From positions 5,456,001-5,520,000 of the forward strand of contig CM102284.1 of NCBI GenBank assembly GCA_046563655.1: a DNA stretch of 64,000 nucleotides, in the 5' to 3' direction. Within the stretch, counting starts at the first letter, position 1; each line of letters starts with the position of its first letter. This DNA is from Yuukianura sp. NJ FZ-2021. Taxonomy: Eukaryota. Shown here in pieces: positions 50,331-62,595 of this stretch. The notes under the pieces were generated by a model that saw only the letters and a program-made list of their open reading frames with translations, was not told the origin of the DNA and made no database searches. A program made the translations under genes and the position numbers.

Positions 50331-51796
50331 ATGCATGAGAATCAGATTACACCACCTCCGGTCGTCGACTCCTCGTCAAGGTTTTTGGCACTGGCTAAGA
50401 AGTTCAATAACTTCTACCTGAAAAATGGTAATAGTCGATTCTTGATTTTAAATTAGTAAGGACATTGTAATTTTCACATGTTTGAAAATATTTCAGGTCC
50501 AGCCTCCTGTAAGCCGTTCCTCATTGACGGATTTCAAGTTGGTCTGCTGCAGTCGAGCGTCATTGAGCATATGACAAAGTACCCCGATGTTTTTCATATT
50601 TACAAGGAATCAGTTGAACTGAACCCAACTCTCCGTGATTACAATGAGAGATCTAGGATTTTGGATACAATTTTAAGAGATTGGAGAGAGCGGGACTTGT
50701 TTGTAACGCTAAAAGGTTGGAGGGAAGAGGTAACATTGTTTGTTTTTGTTTATACTGCTTGAGAAATTGCTAGTAATTGCGGACATGTTTTTGTCATTTA
50801 CAGTGTTTTGAGGTCACCTGTACCTTTGACACACCGAGTTTGCTCAAGATGGAGAGATCTGCTACTTGTAAGACATTCCTGTTTTAGCCCTATGTTTGTG
50901 GTTTTTGCCGATTTGCAAGGTTTTACATTATTTTTTTTTTTATCATTTTTGTGAAATAGGCCTATTCGGGATTAGACAATTCGGGGTAACGATATCTGGT
51001 TGGGTCCGTCATCCTACGAAAGGGATTTGTCTTTGGCTACAAAAACGTTCGTTGACGAAGGAAACGTGGCCTGGAATGCTGGATAACATGGTGCGTATTG
51101 CGTTGTTTCAACAAACATAACAAACATCTCTTCAATGATCTTGAAACTAGTACTGCTTTTTTTTTGTAATTGATAGGTCGGCGGTGGACTCTCTGTAGGA
51201 TACGATGTTTTGGGCACAGCGTTCAAGGAGGCTGAAGAGGAAGCTTCAATACCCGACTATCTCCTAAAAGATTTGAAGCCTGTTGGTTGCGTCACGTACG
51301 TTACTTAAATTTCGTTGCAAATACAAATACAAAATTAGGTTGCAAAATTGATTCATTTATATCTGCTTACTGACGCTTTTGCTTCAGTATTTATGCATTT
51401 TGATTCTTCCTTCTACAGGTTTCTCTTCACGTCTGAGAGAGGTATATTTCCAAACACTGAATTTATTTTTGATCTCGAACTTCCACATACGTTTGTTCCA
51501 ACAAATCGTGATGGGGAAGTAGATAGTTTCCATCTTCTCAGTGTGGATGAGTGCATTGAAAAAGTTTTAAGTCCAGAGTTTAAAACGACCAGTTGCCCAG
51601 CCGTTCTTGACTTTTTGATTCGTCACGGGATTATCACTGCCGAGAATGGTAAAAAGCCTAATCATTTTTCACAATTCCTTGACAGTTTCCTTCATTTTCA
51701 TTCTTTTCAGAACCTAACCTTGCTGAGATTGATCATCTTCTGCATCTCCCTCTTCAGGGAATGTATCGACAGCTAAGGACTTCAAATGGAAATTAA
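50331..51796 (+). CDS. Nudix hydrolase (YJR142W / plant NUDT20-like, thiamin pyrophosphokinase-related family), 7 exons
   Basis: LKGWREE, MERSA..LFGIRQFGV, LWLQKRS..KETWPGMLDNM|VGGG, Nudix box KEAEEEASIP and DGEVDSF. The start codon is uncertain. Confidence 0.88.
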
Positions 51797-52669
51797 GTTG
51801 ATCCTCTCGTGCAAATATTACATTGTACACACAAGCCCAGCCTCTGAAGCAAGCATTCCGCAATACAACTAAATACTACTCATTCATCTTCATCTGTTAC
51901 GTAAATTAATTGTCTTAAATGGTGCACTCTTAATTAAGCCACATGCCATGCCACTTCCTAGTCATTACCGATTATTATTTGACTGTCCAATGTAACTTTT
52001 GGCCCTCTAGAAAACACTCATTCCATGTCAATTCTCAACGCAACTCTAATTCAGTATCTTTCCTCTGTCCACGCCCTTATTTACTAAAAAGCGGCACAGA
52101 TTTCGTTTGACTCGAAGCTAAAATGTAATTGTTGATATTGTCTCAAATATAATTAACGCAAAAACTACAATTAAGGTATAGGCATTAAGGTTTAAACAAT
52201 TACGGATTACGCTACACTTAGGAAGAGAATGCAGAGCAGTATTTTTTAGAAATTAATTTCGCAAGACTTATTTTTTAGACAAGTTGCGATTTCATTCCTA
52301 TAAGTTTTGTTTGAGGGCCCGTTGAGTTTGTTAGTCTGTGAAAATGGGAAAAACAAACGAAAAGACTGTCAACTGAAACATAATTCTTTAATTAGGTTTT
52401 TGCAATTTTTCTTAATTTTTGAGTGTTAAGCGTTTGGACGCTATGATTTATTTTACCGGACATTGACGTAATTACATTAAACCTCATCTTTGCTTTCGTT
52501 CTCGGGCCACGCATGTCTCAAAGACGCGGACCTAAATAACTGGCTAATATAAACTGCAAACGGTAAATAAAAGTAATGATTAATCAAAATTGTACATTTG
52601 TCATTTGAGTTAATTCGGAAGTACTTTAGGATACAGTTATACTGCCAGGATTCAGCATGGTGTTTGGAT

Positions 52670-53453
52670 TTACGCAGGGAGCCACTCCATATCTTCGTCG
52701 TCCGACGAGAATTCTTCGCAAGGGTCGCCAGTCGCTGCTCTCAGTTCTCGGGTTCGGAGTTTGATGAGTTTCTTCTCGTAAGTGTGCCTCGTTGATGCTA
52801 AAATGTACAGAGAAACTACTTTTAATTAAGGTAATGAAAAGTTAATACCATTGCAAAAATAATTTTACTCACCGACGACAGGTCCAGGATCTTTTCCGTA
52901 TCGTCGGAACACTTCGCGGATCTCTTCATTTGACAAAGCTGTAACTTCGGCAATGACGGATGGGTCTCCCTTCCTTGTAACCTGCATACTGGCGGTGGTG
53001 CTAGCAGTATGTCGGCCACCACTGCTGCTGGTGCTGCTGGCTGTAGCGTTGGTTCGAGCAGACGAAGTTGCTGAAGTACCCATGCCAGACGGTATGTTTC
53101 CTTTTGAGGTGAGTATTGCAATTAATTTACGTTTGTAGAGATCTCTTGTGGTATCTGCAAAGGAAAGGAATTTGTTTTAAATAGGAATAGGATGTTAATC
53201 CTCAACGAATTACTAGTCGTGTTTTCAATTTTGCTTTTACTCACTTACGATGGGTCCTACCGTTTCTCCATATTTGACAAGCGCAGTCCGGAGTTGTTCA
53301 TCAGTCATAGTTTCAACTTCCGCTGGTGTAAGCCCCACTCGCCCTGATATGACCTTGAACCAGTAGAAACGAAATAATCACCAAACATTTACACGAATAT
53401 TTGTGGCTGTTTAACGTATTAGTTACTGGTAAGCTCGTTCTTCTAGAAGACAT
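52670..53453 (-). CDS. Small soluble protein with two LEM domains (~180 aa), 4 exons
   Basis: MTDEQLRTALVKYGETVGPIVNTTRDLYKRKL and LSNEEIREVFRRYGKDPGPVVASTRHTYEKKL both fit the LEM consensus. The acidic tail is FSSDDED. Confidence 0.85.
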
Positions 53454-53984
53454 CCTGTCAACTTAATTGCAACGCGATGAAAGCAAAGACGAAATTCAAT
53501 GGTGAGGTCGACGTCGAGGCGACCCCGGTCCCGTACTCCGTGCTGTGTGTGGGTTAGTGGGTTACGTACTCTTATTCAAGGGGTCATCAGCAGCACTCCG
53601 ACACAGCTTATCTAAACTTTAGATTCTAAAGTAAGAATAGTATAAAGTATAGTTAAAACTAGAACAATAATTGATTAATTAAACAATTAATGGTACACTA
53701 CAATCAATAATCAATGTAAATCAATGAATCAAGCTATTCAAGTAATCAACTGACCTTTTAACATTACACTTTCGGAGTTTCGGACCTGTCAAATAAAGTG
53801 AAGTGGACACAGTCACATGTTCATCACAGGTAGGTGTTGTCCCCCCGTTCTTGTTTATGTGCATCAGCTGATTCGAAACTTTCGCTTAAGTTCACTGCAC
53901 AAAAGTGAAATTTTGCAGTCATTAATCGAGTTTTTTTTCCTCTGGTTCTACTAATAACTTAATGTGTTAATTAGCAGTTGCAAT

Positions 53985-55248
53985 ATGAATAGTCTCGGGC
54001 TCAACTTAATTCTTCGAATGGGTTGCATCTGTACCAAAGAACGTGTTACTATTAATGGCCGCTCGTTTATCGTCAGAGAGCGGCTTGGAGTTGGGTAAGT
54101 ATGTTGCATTGCGATTAGGTTTTAGAGCATATGTCAATTAATTTTGAATTGTTTGGAATTTTCAGAGGATTCAGTACTGTTGACCTCGTTGAAGATTCAA
54201 GAACGCATGAAGAATTTGCTCTCAAAAGAATAACTTGTCACAGCACTGAGGATCAGCGATTGGCCATGAGCGAAGTAGAATATCACCGACTGTTTTCTCA
54301 TCCCGGAATTCTGGAAGTAATTGACTACGATCTACGTGGAAAAAACGATGCTTTAGGGAACTCAACCACTGAAGTTCTTATTCTTCTGCCATATCATCAT
54401 GTAATTTACGACTAAATGTTTATGTAGTTCTGTTGATCAACGATCCAGTTAAGATGATCAATGTTGTTTCAATTTCAGAGGGGCACGCTTGCTGCAGAAT
54501 TAGAACGACGAGAGAGGACCAAATCCTACTTAACTGAAGCCGAAGTTTACCGCTACTTCTATGCAATACTTAATGCTGTTTTAGAATTTCATAATTTGAG
54601 TCCATCACCGCTGGCCCATCGAGATTTGAAAACAGCCAATATTCTCCTGGACAAAAACATGAATCCAATTCTGATGGATCTCGGTTCAACGACGAAGGCT
54701 CGCCAAGAAATTCGAGACAGTCTGGAAGCTAGAAAACTGGAAGAAACTGCAGCTGAACGCTGCAGCATGCCTTACCGTGCACCAGAACTTTTTAATATTC
54801 CATCCCGGACGACCATTGACGAAAGGACTGACGTTTGGGTACATTTCTAACGAAAATATTCGTTTTCATTGAATTTTGTATTACTGTTTGTAGTAACTAA
54901 AATACGATTTTATTTCAGTCCCTAGGTTGTATTCTGTATGCCTTGTGCTACTTCAAGTCACCGTACGACTTTGTCCATGAACGTGGAGACAGCGTTCCTC
55001 TGGCCATCGTCAGTGGCCGAATTGACTTTCCAGAAGATTCTCCATTCTCAGAAGTATTTTAACAGTCTATCCCATAATTGTAATCAATTTTCGGAAAAAA
55101 ATGAATGCTTTCATGATTTTTATTAATCCAGGATTCCAAGGAGCTGATCCGATCGATATTGATCGTGGATCCCAAGGAAAGGCCATTCGTGCAAGACGTT
55201 CTGCAAAAGGTCAAACAGTTACAAGCTAAGGCTAACGGTTGTGTGTAG
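53985..55248 (+). CDS. STK16: Serine/threonine-protein kinase 16 (MPSK1), 5 exons
   Basis: MGCIC acylation motif, GVG|GFSTV, ALKRITCH, AHRDLKTAN, MDLGS, AAERCSMPYRAPELF, IDERTDVW. Confidence 0.95.
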
Positions 55249-55980
55249 TTGACAATTTTTCATTTTTAACGAAACTTTTTAATAAACTTCAGTTTTTAAC
55301 GATACACACTGCAGTCTGCAGTTAACCTTATCGCTGCACACTTCCTTTCTATAGTTTTAAAGTTTTCTGAAACTTCCCTATGATTACGCTGTCTTCTCAC
55401 TTCATGCAATTTCGCAAGGTCATTTCCCTCATTCATAGAAATTAGCCATTGCATTGGCACAAAGCATTAGCACGATACTAGATTTTTCCGTACTCAGTAC
55501 ACTTATTAATCGCCATCGACACTCACACCCACAGCAGTGCTGTTGTAACAGTACACACGCACACCCTCACACCATACTTAATCTTCACAAACATCTCACA
55601 TACGTCACTGTTGACCTTTACAGTTTGACCTCTGACCCAAAAGATATACACCAAGAGAATTCTTTCAACACAACTTAGAGTAAAAGTTGTTCAAAGTCTC
55701 ATGTTGTGTTTGACTCAGCAAAGTAAATATGAAACGCAAACAAGTGTGAAAAAGTGTCGCAAGTGACAGTATACTCGTGCGTCCCTCTACAATTCCTTCG
55801 TCTATTTGTTTAAAAGGAAGGCGTAGTTAAATTGATACACAATAGCCTTGTTAAGTTCAATTTCATCACACCATACAATTACTTGGTCATACAACTACTT
55901 CAGAGTGGCCTGCCTCGTCAGGAAATTACATTTCCGGTGGCTTCGAAAGTGATAAGTTGTTTGGAAACTGAATTTTTTGG

Positions 55981-57696
55981 AATGCAATTTCAAAGTTTTG
56001 TTTTAGCTTACTTTTTAGGACTGTATAGTGTTACCTACAGCAGTTTGTCTGGAAGTCCTCATCAAGGATATCAAGTTGTGACCTTTGAAGATGACCTTCC
56101 CCAAAGGTCAGCCGAAGTGCAGAAGAAAATACTGGCGTGTTACTACAATGTGCCAACGATGTACGACCGTCCATTTGCAGTTTATCCAGAACAGATTGAT
56201 CCGTTCCTGTGCACCCACATAATTGTAGCATTTGCACGGATTGACAACAGTACGCTTCTGCCTGGAAATGACAGAGACATTGAAGTAAGCGTTTTTCCAA
56301 ATAGAAAATTTTGAATTTTGGACTTTTTGAGTTTTGATATGTTTCGAAATTTGCAGTACTACAATAGAACGATCAAATTGAAACAAAAGAATGCCAAGCT
56401 CAAAGTTTTGATTTCTGTTGGGGGAGCGTCTTCTCGTTCTGATGGCTTTGCAATCATGATGTCCACTAACGCTACGAGAATGCGGTGCGAAAGGACATTT
56501 TTATGCAATTTTAATTTTTGGAATCTGGAAAAGTTGAAATTGTTAACTTTTAATCTAAAATTTTGAAACAGATTCATATCAAGTGCAATTTCGTTCATGG
56601 ATTTGTATGGTTTCGATGGACTGGACGTTGATTGGGAGTTTCCTGCTGCTGGTTCGAGGTCAACCTTTGGGGTCACAAGAAAGGAGAACCAGAAGAAAGA
56701 GTTTTCAGCATTTTTGAAAGAATTTAGAAGACATGTTGAATATTTCGGAAGAAACGAAAAGCTCATTCTGACAGCAGCAGTGGGAGCGCTGAAAAGAACA
56801 ATTGATTCTTCCTACGATATTCCTGGAATTGCCGAGTAAGATCTGATTTCGATATCACGAAATTGAAATTCAAATAAACCTAATCTTATAAACTCAAAAT
56901 GCTGATTCTCAGTTTTGTTTTTCTTAAGGTCATTGGACTTTGTAAACTTGATGACCTATGACTTCCACTACTACGATCCTGTAGTTCCACTCACCGGACC
57001 GAACTCTCCGCTTCGAAACCTCTCAACAGAATTTGGCTACTTGGCTACGATGAACGCTGCTTGGGCAGCGACATATTGGAATCGCAACGGCATGCCGTCC
57101 AACAAAATTGTTTTGGGCGTTCCTACGTACGGCAGAACATACAGGTCACTTTACCAGACATTTGTACAACAAACTTTGCAAAACTTTTGAAAATTTTCGA
57201 ATTTTACATTAGGTTCACCATAAAACTTAATAACCTTTTGGATTTTTCTATTTTAGTCTCGCCGATGAACGTTACAATGGCTACTACAGCCTTGCAGTTG
57301 GGACATCCGACTCCGTAGGAGCAATGGGATACATTTCATATCCAGAAGCATGTCAATTTCGGCTTAGAAATGGAACCACATTTATTTTCGACTCAGAAAC
57401 TCGAGAACCATATGCATTCAATGCCAAGGACTGGATTACCATTGCAAATGAACAAAGCACATCCGAAAAGGTACCATTTTCAATAAACCAAGGCCAAGTT
57501 TTGGTTTTTAAAAAAGGATTGTCGGAAAAATTCCTTTGTGTGTCTATTTCAGGCTCAATTTGTAACTGACATGGGGTTTTTGGGCATTAGCATTTACAAT
57601 GTCAATTCGGACGATGCCTGGGGGAAATACAACAACCAAAGTAAAGTGTTCCCACTTATCCATGCTGCTAGAGATGTACTAAAGATTTCATTTTGA
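55981..57696 (+). CDS. GH18 chitinase, catalytic domain only (Cht11/group VIII-like); start uncertain
   Basis: IDPFLCTHII, KVLISVGG, intact catalytic FDGLDVDWEFP, LMTYDFH, LGVPTYGR and GISIYNVNSDD. No chitin-binding domain. Confidence 0.92.
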
Positions 57697-58136
57697 ACAA
57701 CATGCTTAAGTAGTTACTCGTTAAATTATTATTAACAATTTCCTTTGGGCCTTTCATGACTTGTTTTTTGATTAAAATCAATGCAATTTGATTTGACATT
57801 TTCGTACAATTCATCTGTCAAATTGAGCTGATTAGTTCAGTGAGGGTAAATCTGAACACAGCTTCAAACGCGTTCTTGAAATTAGTTCTGCCGTTTAGTG
57901 AAGCTTCGGGGAGGAAGTTCCATTTGAACAGAAATAAGTTGTTTTTTATTGCTTTCTACCCCGAAGCCTTGAATTTCAATTTGTCGTGCATCCATTGGAC
58001 AGTGCAACAAAAGTATACTTTTTTTAGCCCTCAGTTGCACTTGGCTTGCTGAAGGGGTCACAACCCTATAAAAAGACGCTGCTAACATATTAGACACAGT
58101 TTTTGAAAGTCTTCTGACAGATTTTGATAAGAGAAG

Positions 58137-58999
58137 ATGGCACTACCACGTTACAAGTTAACCTACTTTAACCTTCGTGCATTGGCGTAAGAAATTCTAA
58201 AAAGTCTTTGTGTCAAAATTTTTTTGAAAAACGTTTTTAGAACATTTTTTTTTAATTTTAGAGAACCAATTCGCCTAATGTTTGTGGCTGCTGGAGTGGA
58301 ATTTGAAGACCACAAAATCCCTACTGAAGAATGGCTTGAATGGAAACCGAGTAAGTTTTGATCTCGTTAATTACTGTTCTAAGTTAATTTTTAATTAATT
58401 GACAATTTTTCGTCATTTAGAAATTAAATTTGGCCAACTCCCGGTTCTGGAAGTGGACGGAAAGGAGCTGACGCAGTCTTTTGCAATTATGAGATACTTG
58501 GCCAAAAGTTTCAACAAGTTTCAAATTCAAGATACTTGGGGAGCTGCGAAAGCTGATGAAGTAAGTTTTAGCTAACTTTGTTTGTTCCATTCCATTTTTA
58601 ATGTATACTTCTTCAATTTTTTTCTAATTTCAATTCCAGGTTGCCGATTTCTTTGCTGAATTGCGTCTAGAGTACCGTGCGTATTTTATTTGCCAAGATG
58701 AGGCAGCAAAAGAAGCTATGAAGGTGAGGCTGGTTGGAGAAGTTTTCCCGAAGTACTTGGGCATACTGGAGACTGTTGCTCAGGCTGGATGTAAATCCAA
58801 AGGAAAGTTTCTTGGGGGACAGGAACCGTTGTGGCAGGATTTCTATGTCGCCAGTTGGCTGCAAATCTACGGAGAAACTTTTTTTGAAAATGAAAACTTT
58901 CTGGATGAGTATCCAGCTCTGAAGGAAATCAAAGAGGCTGTTTTTGAAATTCCAAAAATTAGTGCCTATGTTGCAACGCGAGAGAAGACTTTTGTTTAA
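58137..58999 (+). CDS. Glutathione S-transferase, sigma class, 4 exons; TATA box at 58067
   Basis: YKLTYFNLRALA|EPIRLMF, FED, FGQLPVLEVDGKELTQSFAIMRYLA and PKISAYVATR. Confidence 0.95.
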
Positions 59000-59979
59000 T
59001 AAGTTGTAAAACTTGTATGAATCACACATGAAAAATTTTTTTAAATTTTCATCATAACACATAATCCATGCAAATAACAATTTGCAAACGAAAAAAACAA
59101 ATTATTGCTTCAAATTCAACGCCATGTAAAAATTAATCCTTTTCTTTGCTGGATTTCAAATAGAGGTTTCAAGGGTTAGAAATTAAATATTTTATATGGC
59201 GCGGAGATAAGCAGAAGAGGAAAAAAAAACTATACATCAGAATGAAATGCTCTTTTTGACAAACTAAATTGTTGGTTATGAACTTCAGAGTTAAGCATGT
59301 AAAAATATTTTTACACTATCCTTTATAAACTGAGTTTCTTTTCAGCTTAACTTAAATTTCATTTTTAGAACAACTCTGCGAAACCTATTTTGATTAAATA
59401 AAAAAAATTAAACAAACACAAGTCTACTTTTAAACAATTTTAAATCACAAATGAAATAAAAAGGTGAAGATTTGTACAGAAACAATGCAGAATGTGTGAT
59501 TCCACTTTTCAACTTTTGTTTCGTTAGAATTTGGAAACATTAAAAAAGACTGAAATTTTCAGTGTTACAACTCAAAGCCAGTTAAAAATAAATAAAGGCC
59601 CTTAGGGGTTTCTGTAATGGTCGATTCGAGAATAATTTTCATTGCGAGAGATAGGGGACGAGATAGGAAAAACGCATGGGAGAAAAACCCTCATTTTCCT
59701 AATGCAACGTTAGAAAGCATGGTTGAAGATTTTGAAATTTTATGTGGCGTCGACGACATAAAACTAACTATCGGAAACGAATGTGTTTAAAACTGGTAGT
59801 GAATTCTAATATGTTTGCGTGGAACTCTTCGGCAGTATTTTGAAATTCGTTCGTCATGTTCAATGCAAATTTTATACCGAATGAGCATGAAGTTCGATGT
59901 GCAAAACTTATGGCCACACATCTCAAGATAAATTTCGTTTTCAAAAATTTCGAAACGCAAAAAAAACCTTTTGAAAATT

Positions 59980-60480
59980 TAATCTAAAATCAAATAGGAT
60001 CCTGGAATCCTGGAATTGCTGAGAAATTATTATTGCTACAAGTAAACGCCAGACAAAAATAAATAAATTTCCTCCATGAATTCGGATGCAGGGAATGCTA
60101 GTTTAACTTGATAGGGGAATTGCCAATGTCAACTAAACTAATTGATTGATTGATTGGAATGCTAGTGTTGGGAATGCGAGATAAGATCACTGACGTCACA
60201 AAGCTAAAATGAGTGACGTCAAAAACGTTGAAAAAAGTTGAGAACCTTTTTGTTTCGGATAATCTCCGCCTAGCATCCGGCCAAAATCGAGGGTCCGCTT
60301 TTTGAATAGCAGTCTGCACGACACGCAAAATTCAACACACGTCACACTGTGTCTTCTCACCAACCGGTACTCACTGTTCAAACACATTATTGCCAAAGGC
60401 CTCCCAAACAAAACACTGTTTCGAAAACTTCCAAAAACGCAAGCACCCCATTTTAGAAAATTTTGAAAATTTGAACCGCT
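59980..60480 (-). repeat. Interspersed repeat family B copy 2, adjoining a family A-like segment
   Basis: Inverted match to 29160-29492. AAGGCCTCCCA..CAAAA.ACT.TTTC.AAAACTTCCAAAAAC at about 60395 matches 6321-6363. Confidence 0.85.
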
Positions 60481-60516
60481 GAAGAGGTGTCAAATCTTAG
60501 AGAACTAAATCTACTA

Positions 60517-61200
60517 CAGTGGATTCTCTAAATAAGGGAAAAAATCACGATTGGAGGATTGGTAATAGGCGCCTCCCCCAGTACCGTAAGTTTTCTGGTA
60601 AACAGTCAGTTATATGGAATTTAAGGCTAGGAACACCATTCTAATGAAAATTTCCTGTTTCGAAGTTCAGAGTATATAATTAATATTAATATACATAATA
60701 TTCATATATTAATGCTAATTATATGTGATATCTATATACTAATCAATGTTATATGGCATATTATATGCAAATTACGTTGTGAATGTCACCCTTATTAAAC
60801 AGGTTATATAATATAATATATTTATATACAGTGCGCTGTTGCGCAGGTTGTGCGCTGTTGCGCAGGTTGTGCACTGTTGCGCAGGTTGTGCGCTGTTGCG
60901 CAGGTTGTGCGCTGTTGCGCAGGTTGTGCGCTGTTGCGCAGGTTGTGCGCTGTTGCGCAGGTTGTGCGCAGATATATATATATAATATATATATATTAAT
61001 ATTAGTTAATTCCATTTAATTATCTAATTACTTTTGTTTCGCACCAAAAAAAAATTAACCAAAAAAAAAAACAATCGTAAAAAATAAGCCGATAAACTGA
61101 AACATACGTTCCCTCCAAAATTAAAACTTTACGGTACCGCGACTTCGAGTGAAAGTGAGAAAGAGGAGGAGCTCCTGTCCCTTATTTAGAGAATCCACTG
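60517..61200. mobile_element. 684-bp non-autonomous Tc1/mariner-superfamily (pogo/Tigger-like) MITE
   Basis: Perfect 23-bp TIRs CAGTGGATTCTCTAAATAAGGGA (60517-60539) and TCCCTTATTTAGAGAATCCACTG (61178-61200), with TA on both flanks. No transposase ORF. Confidence 0.9.
60831..60971. repeat. 19-bp minisatellite (GTGCGCTGTTGCGCAGGTT) x7 plus a partial copy
   Basis: Seven contiguous copies with one substitution in copy 3 and no spacers. Confidence 0.97.
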
Positions 61201-61366
61201 TAAATGTAAAAAGAGCGTTTTATAAATATTTCGAGCATATATTTTAGCACATTTTTGTATTTTACTTTTTTATGTTGAAAGATCCGCCGATGAGCTTAGC
61301 ATTGTTATAAATATTAGGTATACATTTTGTTTTCAACAGCAGCATTTGACCTCAATTGACATAACG

Positions 61367-62308
61367 TTACTGATACGACGAATTTGGAAGAGACGGTTCT
61401 CCTCCGAGGTCAACGATGTCATCAGAGTGTGGTTCATCAAAAAAGTCCGTGGGACTCTGTGGTACGAGTGGTTCAGTGAGGTCAACGAGTTTAACACGCT
61501 CTTCAACGATGAAGGGATTGACCTCTCCTTCATCTTCCAGAAGATCCAGGGGAGGCAACGTTGTAGGGTTGATCCAGTCTTTTTCCGCACCAGAACTCTC
61601 GAAATGGTCCAAAACTCGACGTAAAACGCTGCGTTCTTTTTGGTATTTCTTCAACTGCGATCCAAAATGTAGAGAATAAGGTTAAGATTAAGTTAAATTT
61701 CAGAGTTTAGCTTTCTTCGGGCACCTCTTTTTCAAGACTTTCTTTGTAAGAGTTGAGTCTGTCCACGTCCATCTTTGCTGTCAATCCGTACCCCAGAATT
61801 TGACAGATCAACTCAGGAGCGTCTTTGTCTTCTGGAAGTACCACTTCGTGCAGCGTCACAAACAGTTTGGCCAAGTCAGCGATAAAACCAGTTTGACGCA
61901 AGTAGGACACGAACTCCTGTCGCCTCAGCTCGGGCTACAATTCAATCAATAACTAATTAAAAATTAAGTTAGTATTCATAAATTTTCTAAAGTGAATTAA
62001 AATTTTCATACCGAAACTGCTGTTCCAGAAGGTTCAAAAGCATCCCCTGCCCCTCGCAAACCCTCAACAGTTTCGTCAATAATCAAATCCTGGAAAGCTT
62101 CGTCGAGAACAGTCGCCAGCGACTGTGGAACAGCCTGATCGATACACGTTTCCGGCAAACACTTAGTTTCAAACAAAATTTCAGGCTCGGACAACTTGTA
62201 CCGGAAGATGGAAGGTCCATAAGGTCCGAGTATTGGATATTTGGCATTCGGATCCCTATCTTGTGATTCGTCGTTTTGGACGTTGTCTTTACTCTGTCTA
62301 GTGTCCAT
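61367..62308 (-). CDS. c-Myc-binding protein (MYCBP/AMY-1)-like domain protein with acidic N- and C-terminal extensions, 3 exons
   Basis: RRQEFVSYLRQTGFIADLAKLFVTLHE...ELICQILG followed by a coiled coil resembles MYCBP as I recall it (KREQFRRYLEKSGVLDTLTKVLVALYE..DFLKHHLG). Confidence 0.65.
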
Positions 62309-62595
62309 TTTCAAAAGATGTGTTCAAAAGGTGCACTGATGTTCGCAATCTGAAGAAACCCTGACAAAAACTTGAAATTCAATCAGTTTCAAAATTATCT
62401 AAAACTTTGAACTCTCTGAAAAAGCAATGAGACAGAAAAACAAACAGAAATTGATTCATTTGTGGTTTATTTCCCTGGAAACATTTGAGCAAAATCAAAA
62501 TTATGAATTAGAATTTTATACTTTTGGACTTCAAAATTTTGTAGGATTTTTGTCTTTTGTTTGAAATTTAATCGTTTGATGCTGATTGGTTGGTT

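Noticed and set aside
60831..60971. CRISPR array, or coding repeat ORFs 60761-61015 and 60783-61019
   Set aside because: The repeats abut with no spacers, there are no cas genes and the context is eukaryotic. The ORFs are by-products of the minisatellite.
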